The position numbers were made by a program, and so were the translations under genes. A model generated the notes under the pieces. That model made no database searches. It worked only from the letters and a program-made list of their open reading frames with translations, and was not told the origin of the DNA. From assembly GCA_964016885.1 (NCBI GenBank), contig OZ024762.1, positions 29,574,001 to 29,638,000 of the forward strand: 64,000 bases of DNA, written 5' to 3'. The DNA is from Eledone cirrhosa (taxonomy: Eukaryota). Positions 33,781 to 47,402 of the stretch are shown one piece after another; within the stretch, counting starts at the first letter, position 1, and each line of letters begins with the position of its first letter.

Positions 33781-35588
33781 ACATAGTATATTGTATATAT
33801 ACTAAATACACAGTCTATAGAAGACTGTGTATTCAGGGTGGAACCATAAGAGAGACCTTATAGCACTATTTCCTATTTGGCAAGTATACAACCTTTTGAT
33901 TGCAAGGCCAATGCTCTAACCACATAGCCAGGTGCCTCCATTATATTAAGACACAGTATATTGTATATATACTAAATACACAGTCTATAGAAGACTGTGT
34001 ATTCAGGGTGGAACCATAAGAGAGACCTTATAGCACTATTTCCTATTTGGCAAGTATACAACCTTTTGATTGCAAGGCCAATGCTCTAACCACTTAGCCA
34101 TGTGCCTCCATTATATTAAGACACAGTATATTGTATATATACTAAATACACAGTCTATAGAAGACTGTGTATTCAGGGTGGAACCATAAGAGAGACCTTA
34201 TAGCACTATTTCCTATTTGGCAAGTATACAACCTTTTGATTGCAAGGCCAATGCTCTAACCACTTAGCCATGTGCCTCCATTATATTAAGACACAGTATA
34301 TTGTATATATACTAAATACACAGTCTATAGAAGACTGTGTATTCAGGGTGGAACCATAAGAGAGACCTTATAGCACTATTTCCTATTTGGCAAGTATACA
34401 ACCTTTTGATTGCAAGGCCAATGCTCTAACCACTTAGCCATGTGCCTCCATTATATTAAGACACAGTATATTGTATATATACTAAATACACAGTCTATAG
34501 AAGACTGTGTATTCCGGGTGGAACCATAAGAGAGACCTTATAGCACTATTTCCTATTTGGCAAGTATACAACCTTTTGATTGCAAGGCCAATGCTCTAAC
34601 CACTTAGCCATGTGCCTCCATTATATTAAGACACAGTATATTGGATATATACTAAATACACAGTCTATAGAAGACTGTGTATTCAGGGTGGAACCATAAG
34701 AGAGACCTTATAGCACTATTTCCTATTTGGCAAGTATACAACCTTTTGATTGCAAGGCCAATGCTCTAACCACTTAGCCATGTGCCTCCATTATATTAAG
34801 ACACAGTATATTGTATATATACTAAATACACAGTCTATAGAAGACTGTGTATTCAGGGTGGAACCATAAGAGAGACCTTATAGCACTATTTCCTATTTGG
34901 CAAGTATACAACCTTTTGATTGCAAGGCCAATGCTCTAACCACTTAGCCATGTGCCTCCATTATATTAAGACACAGTATATTGGATATATACTAAATACA
35001 CAGTCTATAGAAGACTGTGTATTCAGGGTGGAACCATAAGAGAGACCTTATAGCACTATTTCCTATTTGGCAAGTATACAACCTTTTGATTGCAAGGCCA
35101 ATGCTCTAACCACTTAGCCATGTGCCTCCATTATATTAAGACACAGCATATTGTATATATACTAAATACACAGTCTATAGAAGACTGTGTATTCAGGGTG
35201 GAACCATAAGAGAGACCTTATAGCACTATTTCCTATTTGGCAAGTATACAACCTTTTGATTGCAAGGCCAATGCTCTAACCACTTAGCCATGTGCCTCCA
35301 TTATATTAAGACACAGTATATTGTATATATACTAAATACACAGTCTATAGAAGACTGTGTATTCAGGGTGGAACCATAAGAGAGACCTTATAGTACTATT
35401 TCCTATTTGGCAAGTATACAACTTTTTGATTGCAAGGCCAATGCTCTAACCACTTAGCCATGTGCCTCCATTATATTAAGACACAGTATATTGTATATAT
35501 ACTAAATACACAGTCTATAGAAGACTGTGTATTCAGGGTGGAACCATAAGAGAGACCTTATAGCACTATTTCCTATTTGGCAAGTATA
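33781..35588. repeat. 170-bp tandem array (~10.6 near-identical units) containing a truncated SINE head on the minus strand
   Basis: Period 170 (acacagtata at 33951, 34121, 34291...). Each unit has the reverse complement of ggaggcacatggctaagtggttagagcattggccttgcaatc and a 12-bp hairpin aatacacagtct/agactgtgtatt. Confidence 0.95.
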
Positions 35589-35797
35589 TTTTCTTTTGTA
35601 CTATTTTGATTCTATATTTCTCTTAGAATGCTAATTACGCTATATTTTAAATAATTTAATAAATGTTTAAAAAACTGTAATTATTCTCCCAGTCACGTAA
35701 CCCCCTGTGTTGAGTTTTTTCTAATCATATACTCGGTTGTTACCAAACTGTCCAGCTCATTTGTCTACCAGGATATCAGGAAAAATTATCTCCTATG

Positions 35798-35875
35798 TAT
35801 TTTGTCTGAAGAGGACATCTTCTGGTTTATGTTATACATAAAACTTTACATCTTCGAAATATATATAATAAAATA
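35798..35875 (+). ncRNA. Minimal type-I hammerhead ribozyme with intact catalytic core
   Basis: tattttgt-CTGAAGA-gga...ttc-GAAA-TATATA-TA-ataaaata. Stem I is 8 bp (one G-U pair) and loop 3 is palindromic. Confidence 0.75.
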
Positions 35876-35904
35876 GAGATGGTATAAAGTATAAATCTTT
35901 CGTT

Positions 35905-36505
35905 TATTACTATCCCAGTTGTGGTCACCCCATAGTATAAAACTAACCACGGAGCTTGAGGCAATCCAGCGAAGCTACACCAAGAGGATTGCCAAGATGA
36001 GAGAGACAAGCTACTGGGAGAGGCTGAGGGAACTGAACCTCTACTCCTTGGAGCGAAGACGGGAGAGATACGCAGTGATCTACATGTGGAAAATCCTGGA
36101 GGGACTAGCACCAAACTTTGGCATTGGGAGCTGGACCAACCGTCGAACAGGACGTCACTGTGTGGTGCCAAAGGTCCCGTCTTCCACATCTAGAATAAGG
36201 AGCAGGTATTGCAATAGCCTGGGATTCAAGGGCCCTCAACTCTTCAACAGGCTGCCGAGGCATCTGAGAGACTTGCATCACGTGGAGGTGGATGTCTTTA
36301 AGAAACATCTCGACACCTTGTTATCCAGGATCCCGGATGAGCCCACAGCAAGACACGAGGGAAACCCAAGGGCAGCAGCAACAAACTCCCTCTTACACCA
36401 GTGGCCAACCTATATAGGCTGGAGATAAAATGTGTAGCAACAAGGGCGGTGCCCCAGCATGGCCTCAGCCGGATGGCTGAAACAGGTAAAAGAGTAAAAA
36501 AAAGA
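35905..36505 (+). mobile_element. CR1/Jockey-group LINE 3' fragment with short 3' UTR
   Basis: YYSQLWSPH...ELEAIQRSYTKRI..YWERLRELNLYSLERRRERY...GPQLFNRLP..FKKHLD. The tail is ggcggtgccccagcatggc...ggctgaaacaggtaaaagagtaaaa. Confidence 0.85.
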
Positions 36506-37452
<947 letters not shown>

Positions 37453-37596
37453 TCAGTAGAGATAGTTTTGGTATAAACAGGAGCATTGCCTGCAGCATGT
37501 CACAAATTCAGATTTTCATCTGAGGATATCGTTCTCACAACAACAAATACATGAATTACATCTTGGACTGCATAAGAGAACCGTTGAAATAATTAT

Positions 37597-38660
37597 TATG
37601 GCTTAGTGGTTAGAGCATTGGCCTTGCAATCGAAAGTTGTGAGTTCAATTCTCAGACCGGGTAATGTGTTGTTTCCTTGAGCAAGACACTTTATTTCACA
37701 TTGCTCCAGTTTACTCAGCTGTAGAAATGAGATGATAGGGACTGGGGTCCCTATCATTCCACTGTAAAGTGGTCGTGGAGGTGCCACGGCAAAAAAGCAC
37801 CCAGCACTCACTGTAAAGTGGTCGTGGAGGTGCCATGGCAAAAAAGCACCCAGCACACACTGTAAAGTGGTCGTGGAGGTGCCACGGAAAATAAGCACCC
37901 AGCCCACACTGTAAAGTGGTCGTGGAGGTGCCACGGCAAAAAAGCACCCAGCACACACTGTAAAGTGGTCGTGGAGGTGCCACGGCAAAAAAGCACCCAA
38001 CACTCACTGTAAAGTGGTCGTGGAGGTGCCACGGCAAAAAAGCACCCAGCACACACTGTAAAGTGGTCGTGGAGGTGCCACGGCAAATAAGCACCCAGCC
38101 CACACTGTAAAGTGGTCGTGGAGGTGCCACGGCAAATAAGCACCCAGCCCACACTGTAAAGTGGTCGTGGAGGTGCCACGGCAAATAAGCACCCAGCCCA
38201 CACTGTAAAGTGGTCGTGGAGGTGCCATGGCAAAAAAGCACCCAGCCCACACTGTAAAGTGGTCGTGGAGGTGCCACGGCAAATAAGCACCCAGCCCACA
38301 CTGTAAAGTGGTCGTGGAGGTGCCACGGCAAAAAAGCACCCAGCCCACACTGTAAAGTGGTCGTGGAGGTGCCACGGCAAATAAGCACCCAGCCCACACT
38401 GTAAAGTGGTCGTGGAGGTGCCACGGCAAAAAAGCACCCAGCCCACACTGTAAAGTGGTCGTGGAGGTGCCATGGCAAAAAAGCACCCAGCACTCACTGT
38501 AAAGTGGTCGTGGAGGTGCCACGGCAAAAAAGCACGCAGCACTCACTGTAAATGAGGTTGGTGTTAAGAAGGGCATCCATCTGTAGAAATCAAGCCAGAA
38601 TCAGTTCCCGTCCCACCCTTGCAAGCAGGGAAAAAGCGGACGTAAAATGAAACGAAACAA
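37597..38660 (+). mobile_element. tRNA-derived SINE (family B; CORE/V-like central domain) joined to an RTE-type 3' tail expanded into a 49-bp array
   Basis: A-box TGGCTTAGTGG, B-box GAGTTCAATTC and central gtttccttgagcaagacacttt. After the array comes gttggtgttaagaagggcatcc...cccttgcaagcagggaaaaagcggacgtaaaatga, the same tail as the RTE at 26170-26220. Confidence 0.75.
37760..38550 (+). repeat. 49-bp minisatellite (~16 units)
   Basis: Unit cactgtaaagtggtcgtggaggtgccacggcaaaaaagcacccagc(a/c)ca. Confidence 0.95.
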
Positions 38661-38711
38661 TTCATGTAACATCAGCATCTTTCTTAATGTTATTCTTATA
38701 TATATATATAT

Positions 38712-40940
38712 GTAGGTGTCATATGTGGCCGATGCTCAGGTGCAGTAAGTAGCAAGTGCCCACTAGATACTAGCTCCTTCAACTGCCCAGATGGTTCTAT
38801 AGAAATACTACTTGGGTGTCAAAATCAGCAGTGGAGGAGGGTGTTCTGAAAGTACAGTAACCTGAGTAAGAACAGGATGGAAAATCTACAGAGAGCTAAT
38901 ATCAGCGCTCCCTGTAAAAGGTTTCTCCCTAAATATGAAAGGTAGATTGTATGATGCTTGTATATGAACAGCAATGTTACATGGTAGTGAGACATGGGCA
39001 TTGTGTGCAGAGGACCTGCACAGACTGGAAAAGAACGAAGCATGCATGCTGTGATGGATGCGTAATAATAATATACACAAACAGCAAAGTGTAAACATAC
39101 TAAGTGAAAAATCAGGCATAAAAGGGATCAGCTGCAGTTTACTAGAGAGGAGATTACGTTGGTATGATCATGTGATGCGTATGAAGGATGACAACTCTAT
39201 ACAAAAGGTGCAGGGTGTTCAAAACTGATGGAAGCTATGGAGTAGGAAGATCTGGGATGAGTGATAAAAGCTGACCTTGCACACTTGAACCTCTCTAAGA
39301 CAATGATACAAGAGAGAGATCTTTGGCGCTATGTAGTAATACAGAAGACCAACATTCCCTTGCACAGACTTCAACTTACACTCAGTAGGCACCTCTTAAT
39401 CCAATATACATCCCATACACCTACACCTCCAATCCACTTCCACCCACACCACCTTTATCCTGTAAAATTATGTTGGTACCACAGACCATGCAGTCCACAC
39501 TGTAAAGTGGTCATGTAGGTGTCATGGCAAAAAAGCAACCAGTCCACACTGTAAGATGGTTATGTAGGTGTCATAAGAAAAAGTACCTAGCCCTCACTGT
39601 AAAGTGGTCATGTAGGTGTCATGACAAAAGGTACCCAGTCCACACTGTAAAGTGGTCATGTAGGTGTCATGACAAGAGGTACGCAGTCCACACTGTAAAG
39701 TGGTCATGTAGGTGTCATGACAAGAGGTACCCAGTCCACACTGTAAAGTGGCCATGTAGGTGTCATGACAAGAGGTACCCAGTCCACACTGTAGAGTGGC
39801 CATGTAGGTGTCATGACAAAAGGTACCCAGTCCACACTGTAGAGTGGCCATGTAGGTGTCATGACAAAAGGTACCCAGTCCACACTGTTGAGTGGCCATG
39901 TAGGTGTCATGACAAGAAGTACCCAGTCCACACTGTAAAGTGGTCATGTAGGTGTCATGAGAAAAGGTACCCAGTCCACACTGTTGAGTGGCCATGTAGG
40001 TGTCATAAAAAGAGGTACCCAGTCCACACTATAAAGTGGTCATGTAGGTGTCATGACAAAAGGTACCCAGTCCACACTGTTGAGTGGCCATGTAGGTGTC
40101 ATGAAAAGAGGTACCCAGTCCACACTGTAAAGTGGTCATGTAGGTGTCATGACAAAAGGTACCCAGTCCACACTGTAAAGTGGTCATGTAGGTGTCATGA
40201 CAAAAGGTACCCAGTCCACACTGTAAAGTGTTCATGCAGGTGTCATGACAAAAAGTACCCAGTCCACACTGTAAAGTGGCCATGTAGGTGTCATGACAAA
40301 AGGTACCCAGTTCACACTGTCGAGTGGCCATGTGTCATGACAAAAGGTACCCAGTTCACACTGTCGAGTGGCCATGTAGGTGTCATGACAAGAGGTACCC
40401 AGTCCACACTGTAAAGTGGCCATGTAGGTGTCATGAAAAGAGGTACCCAGTCCACACTGTAAAGTGTTCATGTAGGTGTCATGACAAAAGGTACCCAGTC
40501 CACACTGTCGAGTGGCCATGTAGGTATCATGACAACAGGTACCCAGTCCACACTGTAGAGTGGCTATGTAGCTGTCATTACAAAAGGTACCCAGTCCACA
40601 CTGTAGAGTGGCCATGTAGGTGTCATGACAAAAGGTACCCAGTCCACACTGTCGAGTGGCCATGTAGGTGTCATGACAAGAGGTACCCAGTCCACACTGT
40701 AAAGTGGTCATGTAGGTGTCATGACAAGAGGTACCCAGTCCACACTGTAAAGTGGTCATGTCGGTGTCATGACAAAAGGTACCCAGTCCACACTATAAAG
40801 TGGTCATGAAAAAAAGCACCTAGCACGTACTGTATGAACAAGACATGGTCACCTGACCTAGCATTGCAAACAACAGGAGAATTTGTTTAACCCATGCTAG
40901 CGTGTAAAAATGGACGTAAAACGGTAATGATGAGGATGAT
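38712..40940 (+). mobile_element. Degenerate 5'-truncated RTE LINE whose 3' UTR contains a 48-bp array
   Basis: aatatgaaaggtagattgtatgatgc...atgttacatggtagtgagacatgggca (MKGRLYDA..MLHGSETWA). The tail is catgctagcgtgtaaaaatggacgtaaaacggtaatgatgaggatgat. Confidence 0.82.
39497..40808 (+). repeat. 48-bp minisatellite (~27 units)
   Basis: Unit cactgtaaagtggtcatgtaggtgtcatgacaaaaggtacccagtcca, giving the 16-aa periodic ORFs. Confidence 0.95.
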
Positions 40941-41152
40941 ATATATATTATTGGTTTAAGTTATCCAGCTACGTTTCAAATTCTTTAATATTTTTTGTAA
41001 AAATGATATCTTTTTCACACACACACATGTATATATATATATATGTGTGTGTGTGTAGAGTTATTTACTACCTCACATTTGTAATGCTATACAACCATGA
41101 ATAAAATTATTCACTGCGAACCTGTACTTTCTCTATTTCTTGTTCGGACCTG

Positions 41153-41197
<45 letters not shown>

Positions 41198-41200
<3 letters not shown>

Positions 41201-41628
41201 TCATCATCATCATCAACGTTTAACGTCCGTGTTCCACGCTTGCATGGGTTTGGACGGGGGTAGTCCCACTTGAGGCAAGAGTGTTTGTCTTGCTCGCATA
41301 GGACTGTCTGGCAGGTTTTCTACAGTTGGATGCCCTTCCTAACACCAACCACATTTACAGTGTGGGTCTGGGAGGTTTTTATCGTGTTGCCTACACGGCC
41401 ACATTACAGCGTGGACTGTGTGTTTTTTTGTCGTGACACCTACACGATCTCATTTGTTTCGGCCTCGATGGTGTGGCACCAACATAACTTTACATAGAAG
41501 GGGGTGGTGTGGAGGTGGTGGTGGTGGTGGGACGGGGTGTATTTTGTTAGAGATGCCTACTGGCTGTAGTAGGTTTTACTATGTATTTAGGTAAAGCAGG
41601 TCTTCTCTGTTACTGAGTACCGCCAAAT
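41198..41628 (-). mobile_element. RTE LINE 3'-UTR-only copy (monomeric form of the 111-bp unit)
   Basis: Colinear with 28548-28980, with a (CAT)n tail at 41198-41214. Confidence 0.88.
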
Positions 41629-41741
41629 ATAATTAGTAAATTTGTGTTCCAATGTTACTAAGTAGTTGCATTGGATGGAGTCAACCGACGTCAGAGATTG
41701 CTCAACGTATAATAAAGTGTGTTTTAAAATCCGGAGATTTT

Positions 41742-42675
41742 AAATGCATATAATGTTACCTTTTTACACCACCGTTTGCAAATTTCTATTTTATATGTTT
41801 ATACACAAGATATGGCTTTCTATGAGAATAATACTAAGCACTGTTTTCTGGACCCCTTTAGAAATAACTGTTTCTACTTTAGGCACAAGGCCAGCAATTA
41901 TCCAGTACATTACTGGTACTTTATTTTATCGACCCCGTAAGGATGAAAGGCAAAGTCAACCTCGGCGGGATTTGAACTCAGATCGTAAAGGGACGTAACT
42001 GTGCTGGAAAACATGGCGTCCGACCCTCTACCGATACTGCCAATTAGAAATAACTGTTTCTACGTTAGGCACAAGGCCAGCAATTAACCAGTGCATTACT
42101 GGTACTTTATTTTATCGACCCCGTAAGGATGAAAGGCAAAATTAACCTCGGCGGGATTTGAACTCAGATCGTAAAGGGACGTAACTATGCTGGAAAGCAT
42201 GGCGTCCGACCCTCCACCGATACTGCCAATCCACCGCCAATTAGAAATAACCTGCTACTATAATAGCCCCAATAACTTGTCTGTAACTCTGTAGCACTTT
42301 GACCCCTTTAACTAAATTTTGTCCGAACAACACCACTAGAAGAATTTACTTCCCCCGCCAACCCTAACACGCCTCATTAAGCTAACAGCTGCCAAAACAT
42401 TCTCTCCTTACAATCTCTACTAGTCTGACAGTCTTAAATCCTAGGACTCCCTCCACCTTACTCACTTCCTACCTCCTTCTTTCTCTTTTATCTAGTATAT
42501 AAAATATTTTCATATCATTCCAATACAAAGGTCTGACGACATGGTCTGTCTGCTTGCAGTGTACCTTCGGTTTATGATAATATTTTTATATTATTCAAAT
42601 AGCGAGGTATAGGTAACCCACACACTATAGAAACAATTGTTACCTAATAAATTCTTTATACCCGCATTACCGTTT
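41742..42675 (+). mobile_element. Second copy of the PLE 3'/pLTR region, interrupted by two SINEs
   Basis: Colinear with ~27938-28510 apart from the 41869-42251 insert. It contains the hammerhead-like motif at 42529-42645 (CTGACGA...GAAACAATTGTT-acct). Confidence 0.88.
41869..42240 (-). mobile_element. Two tandem SINE family A copies (41869-42043 and 42055-42240)
   Basis: Both are reverse complements of the 15105 SINE. ttagaaataac occurs at 41858, 42044 and 42241, but only once at the empty site near 28053. Confidence 0.9.
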
Positions 42676-42689
42676 CATAAACTTCTTCT

Positions 42690-42750
<61 letters not shown>

Positions 42751-42753
<3 letters not shown>

Positions 42754-42803
42754 GGCTGTATAAATAACTTTAGAAATATTACATAGATGAAGAATGGGGT
42801 GTA

Positions 42804-42852
<49 letters not shown>

Positions 42853-43060
42853 CTACGCCACATTCTTCTTCTATGTAATATTTATAAAGCTATTTATACA
42901 ACCGTATATATATATATATATATATTTACTACGCCACATTCTTCTTCTATGTAATATTTATAAAGCTATTTATACAACCGTATATATATATATATATATA
43001 TATTTACTACGCCTTATTCTTCTTCTATGTAATATTTATAAAGCTATTTATACAACCGTA
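42751..43060. repeat. ~58-bp unit present once inverted and three times tandem, separated by (TA)n
   Basis: tactacgccacattcttcttctatgtaatatttataaagctatttatacaaccgta at ~42851, 42927 and 43005, with a diverged reverse complement at 42751-42806. Confidence 0.85.
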
Positions 43061-43304
43061 CCCTAACCATTCACTGCGAGACTCTACTGCCTTTATTTCC
43101 TGTTCCTGCCCCACCCACTTGCATTCATTCATTAATATCTTGACACTAATTATCTTCAAACTCAATCAATTCCTGTCTCTTTCTTCTACATTTTATATTT
43201 TCAAGGTATTTCAACAATTTTTTAAATCATTTTTACGTTTCTTTCATGAATTTATTCAGTTTTGTATTTAAAATATTTCTGATTAATTTTTCCTGTCTAA
43301 ATAT

Positions 43305-43331
43305 TCATATATATATATATATTACATATAA

Positions 43332-43375
<44 letters not shown>

Positions 43376-43468
43376 CATATGTATATATATATATATTACA
43401 TATGTATATATATATATATTACATATGTATATATATATATATTACATATGTATATATATATATATTAC

Positions 43469-43501
<33 letters not shown>

Positions 43502-43542
43502 ACATATGTATATATAAATATATAGATATAAAAAAATTTATT

Positions 43543-43579
<37 letters not shown>

Positions 43580-43719
43580 TATAACATGTGTATATATAAA
43601 TATATATATATATATATAACATATGTATATATAAATATATAGATATAAAAAAATTTATTAAAAAAAAAAATATATATATAACATGTGTATATATAAATAT
43701 ATATATATATATTACATAC

Positions 43720-43755
<36 letters not shown>

Positions 43756-43818
43756 CATACGTATATATATATATATATATATATATATTACATACGTATA
43801 TATATATATATATATATC
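43305..43818. repeat. Compound (TA)n-based low-complexity tract
   Basis: Directly visible. Confidence 0.9.
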
Positions 43819-45315
43819 TGTTAGAACACGAAAAGTGTGAAACAACAGAATGTTCACTTTTCGTGTTCTAACATATATGCCTAACATCTTCATAAATTTT
43901 TCGGGGATAGCCGTGGTGGTGGTGATCGTATGTCATTGGCTAATTTTCAACCAATCAGAGTAAGTGTTGATATATATATATATATATACTATTCCCCCTC
44001 TCTCTATATATATCTTACGCTTTCGCTTTACACTCCTCCCCTTCAATAACACATTTCCCCCTCTCTATATATCTCTTCCACTGTTACTTACGCCTGTTTC
44101 TCTCTATCTGTTCCGTCTCTATATATATATCTCTCTTACTCTTTCGCTTTGCACTCCTCCCCTTCAATACCATCTCTCCCCCTCTCTATATATTTGTTAC
44201 TCTATCGCTGCACGCTCCTCTCCTTCAATATATCAATTACACACGCTTTACACTCCTTTATCCCCAGCGCCCCTATATATACACCCCCCTCCCGCATCTA
44301 TATTTTAATGTTCCGTTGCACCGTGAATATATGTGTCTATATATATATACATATATATTGTATATACACATTCATGTATGTGTATACACACTCATGTATG
44401 TATATACACTGGTTTTATGTGTGTATTGTAAATTTGTACTGTTAAAACACGAAACTAACATTCGATTGACACTTTGATTACCTGTACAGGCAATAGTTAT
44501 TAGAATGCTGTTGAAGTGTGTATATATTTTTGGGGGACATCCTGTATATACACACATTATATATAATACAATAAACAGATAAATACACACATATATATAT
44601 GAGCTTATTTAATTATAAATATTGTGAATTTTTAACTCAGTTCAATTATATATATAAATGGCTTCTACAGGACTAGAACTGTTTCATTCGAAAGAAATCA
44701 TCATAATATTGAGAGGGGGGACTAGATAAAATATTTCAAATCAAATGTGTATAAGTTATAAGTTAAAATGTATAAATAGAGACGATAGTGGAGGTATATC
44801 TGTTTAGTGGAACAGTAGACGATAGAATTAAATACAGACGAGAATCTCCCTTTAATGAAACAGCAGACGATAGAATTAAGGCAATTTAAATTTTAAGCAT
44901 TTGCATTTCATCGTTACGGGGTCGATAAAATAAAGTACCAGTAATACACTGTCACTATAAGTAGACGACTTTCAAATTGAATTGTTGGTTCCATTTCTTT
45001 AGTATTTTCAATTGTAGTTATCTACTTAAAAAGCGTTACACGGTTAGAGACATAATTGGTAAGTTATATCTTCCCTATTAAACCATTGCATTATTTCGCC
45101 TACAATATAACAAAAATGAAATGTTTTTAAAGAAACAGGAATATAACTTTATAAAAAAAAAAGTTGCATCCGCTTCTTTTATCATTGATAATTTTTTCGT
45201 TTTAATATTAATTGTTTTTTGTAGTTGTTTATATTAAAAATCTTACTGTAATATTTACTTAAACGAAGGCAGACATCTAAACTTATAGATTAATCTTGAG
45301 CGAAGGACTAGATAA

Positions 45316-45374
<59 letters not shown>

Positions 45375-45377
<3 letters not shown>

Positions 45378-45587
45378 GAAGAATGATAACATTTCAAGCA
45401 AAGAGTTTAATTAGGTAATGACTTACAAATTTGTTTCAGTATATATTTAATATAATATTAATATATTTTGTAATATTATTAACTAATTATTATAATTAGC
45501 GCTTCAGGCTTTGTCTATATACTGAAACAAATTTGTAAGTCATTACCTAATTAAACTCTTTGCTTGAAATTTTATCACTCTTCGTTT
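45375..45587. repeat. Inverted repeat (~70-bp arms) containing a hammerhead 3' half-motif
   Basis: 45375-45445 pairs with 45516-45587. The right arm has GAAA-CAAATTTG-TA. Confidence 0.8.
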
Positions 45588-45675
45588 TGAATTTCTCCTA
45601 AGTATTCAATACTCTGTTGAGAAATACATTTTACATAAACAGTCTTTGTACCATTTATACGGTATTAATTACTTA

Positions 45676-45726
<51 letters not shown>

Positions 45727-45804
45727 CGTATGATTAGAACTGTGTTTATTATTAATATTTTAATGGATTTAATGAAAAATTTTAGGTGTTCATATATATA
45801 TTCT

Positions 45805-45866
45805 AAAACTGCGCGAAATCGTGAATCCGCGATAGTTGAACCGCCAAGTAGCGAGGTATCACTGTA
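45805..45866. mobile_element. Probable end of a Tigger/pogo-like MITE
   Basis: cgcgaaatcgtgaatccgcgatagttgaaccgc..agcgaggtatcactg-TA resembles Tigger-type termini. No partner end was found. Confidence 0.45.
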
Positions 45867-46383
45867 TATATGTTTAAATATATAGTGTAGCTGTGATGTA
45901 TCTCGCGAGTGAATCGAGACCTGTCACTGATTTTGGTGTCCCCACTGCCGATGTGAATGAGCAACGCTGCACTTGTGAATTGGGTCTTGATGTTGCAGGC
46001 AGTTCATATACTTACAATGATGCGGTCCCACAAGCTTGTTCACATTCCTGTGCTAATAATCTAGATGGGCGTATTAAATTGGATGTGAAAGCAGCTTACC
46101 GGATGCGGAATCGGGAGAAGTTGAGACAAAAACAGGCCGATTATAGAGCTGTGAATTTTGCTAAATTAACACAAAAACAGGCCAAGTATAGATGTTCAAA
46201 ACGGTATGAGTTGGCAAACAAGCAGGCCAAGTATAGATCTGCAAATTCAGCTATTATATCTCAAAAGCAAGCCGAGCGTAGAGCTTCTAAACGTACCGAG
46301 TTGGCTAAAGAGCAGACCGAGTACAGATCTGCAAATATCTTATTGCACAAACAATAATTCTGCACAAATGTTGCTCCATTATT

Positions 46384-46565
46384 TTGGCAGTATTGGTAGA
46401 GGGTCGGATGCCATGCTTTCCAGCATAGTTACGTCCCTTTACGATCTGAGTTCAAATCCTGCCGAGGTTGACTTTGCCTTTCATCCTTACGGGGTAGATA
46501 AAATAAAGTACCAGTAATGCACTGGGTAATTGCTGGCCTTGTGCCTAAAGTAGAAACAATTATTA
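46384..46565 (+). mobile_element. SINE family A copy
   Basis: ttggcagtattggtagagggtcggatgccatgc...gagttcaaatcc...gtagaaacaattatta. Confidence 0.9.
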
Positions 46566-46749
46566 GATCTAATGTTGCAACGATACAGTTAAATGTTGTC
46601 TGTGTATTTTAAAAAAGATTTGCTTATAATCTTTTCAAATTTCATTACGCCAATGATTCAAGCTCAAATTGACATTATCTAAAAAATTGTACAAACAGCG
46701 GTGGATTAGCAGTAGTGAACAGATAAATCAGTCAATTTATTAAGATTGA

Positions 46750-47402
46750 CTTGGCATCAATCAGCAAGACCTTCATTAGCTGCTCTCCAGCCATCTATTT
46801 AAAGCTGTATACATCTATGGTACGAATACACTTGGAGTTCGCGTCATCAGTCTGGAACCCCTATCTTGCTCAGAACATTGACCTCCTGGAAACTGTTCAG
46901 AGACATGCAACCAAGCGCATACCCTCCATCAGACACCTACCATACCCTGAATATTTTGCTTCCCTCTGGCAATGGACTTGGTAAACACCCACAAAGTTAT
47001 TAACCATCCGACCAACAACAACCCCGAACACCTTTTTGATCTCCATGTGTCTAACACGTGGACATGCCTACAAAGTCAGAAAACAACACAGCTCCCATGA
47101 CTTTAGGAAATATTTCTTCATGCTCAGAGTTGCTGAAGGATGGAACAAACTTCCTGCATCAGTTGTTAGCTGATGACACACTGCATCCTTTAAAACCATC
47201 ATACATTCCGAAATACACCAAAACTACACCTGATGTCCCCCTTCCATACACATGCACATATGTGTATATCATGACTCATGCACTGTTCTTTTTTCCTGAC
47301 GTTTTTATATTACCCTATGTATTATATATGCACTTTTGATGAGTTGTAGTGCACCTCAGCATTGTACACAATATTTTCATTATTATTATCATTATTATTA
47401 TT
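46750..47402 (+). mobile_element. CR1-like LINE 3' fragment with (ATT)n tail
   Basis: LYTSMVRIHLEFASSVWNPYL..IDLLETVQRHATKRIP.IRHLPY. Downstream FF..RVAEGWNKLP and a tail tattattatcattattatta. Confidence 0.82.

Noticed and set aside
33781-35588. Retrozyme-like ribozyme-containing tandem repeat or centromeric alpha-like satellite
   Set aside because: I found no CUGANGA/GAAA core on either strand of the 170-bp unit. About 11 copies and a similar length are not evidence of centromere function.
37597-37665. Functional tRNA gene (also the heads of the family A copies)
   Set aside because: A- and B-boxes are present but I see no complete cloverleaf or acceptor stem. The sequence continues into SINE body and LINE-type tail.
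43819-43872. Terminator-like or Helitron-end hairpin gttagaacacgaaaagtg/cacttttcgtgttctaac
   Set aside because: The 18-bp stem is real, but the context is eukaryotic and no downstream CTRR end or partner terminus was identified, so no assignment is supported.
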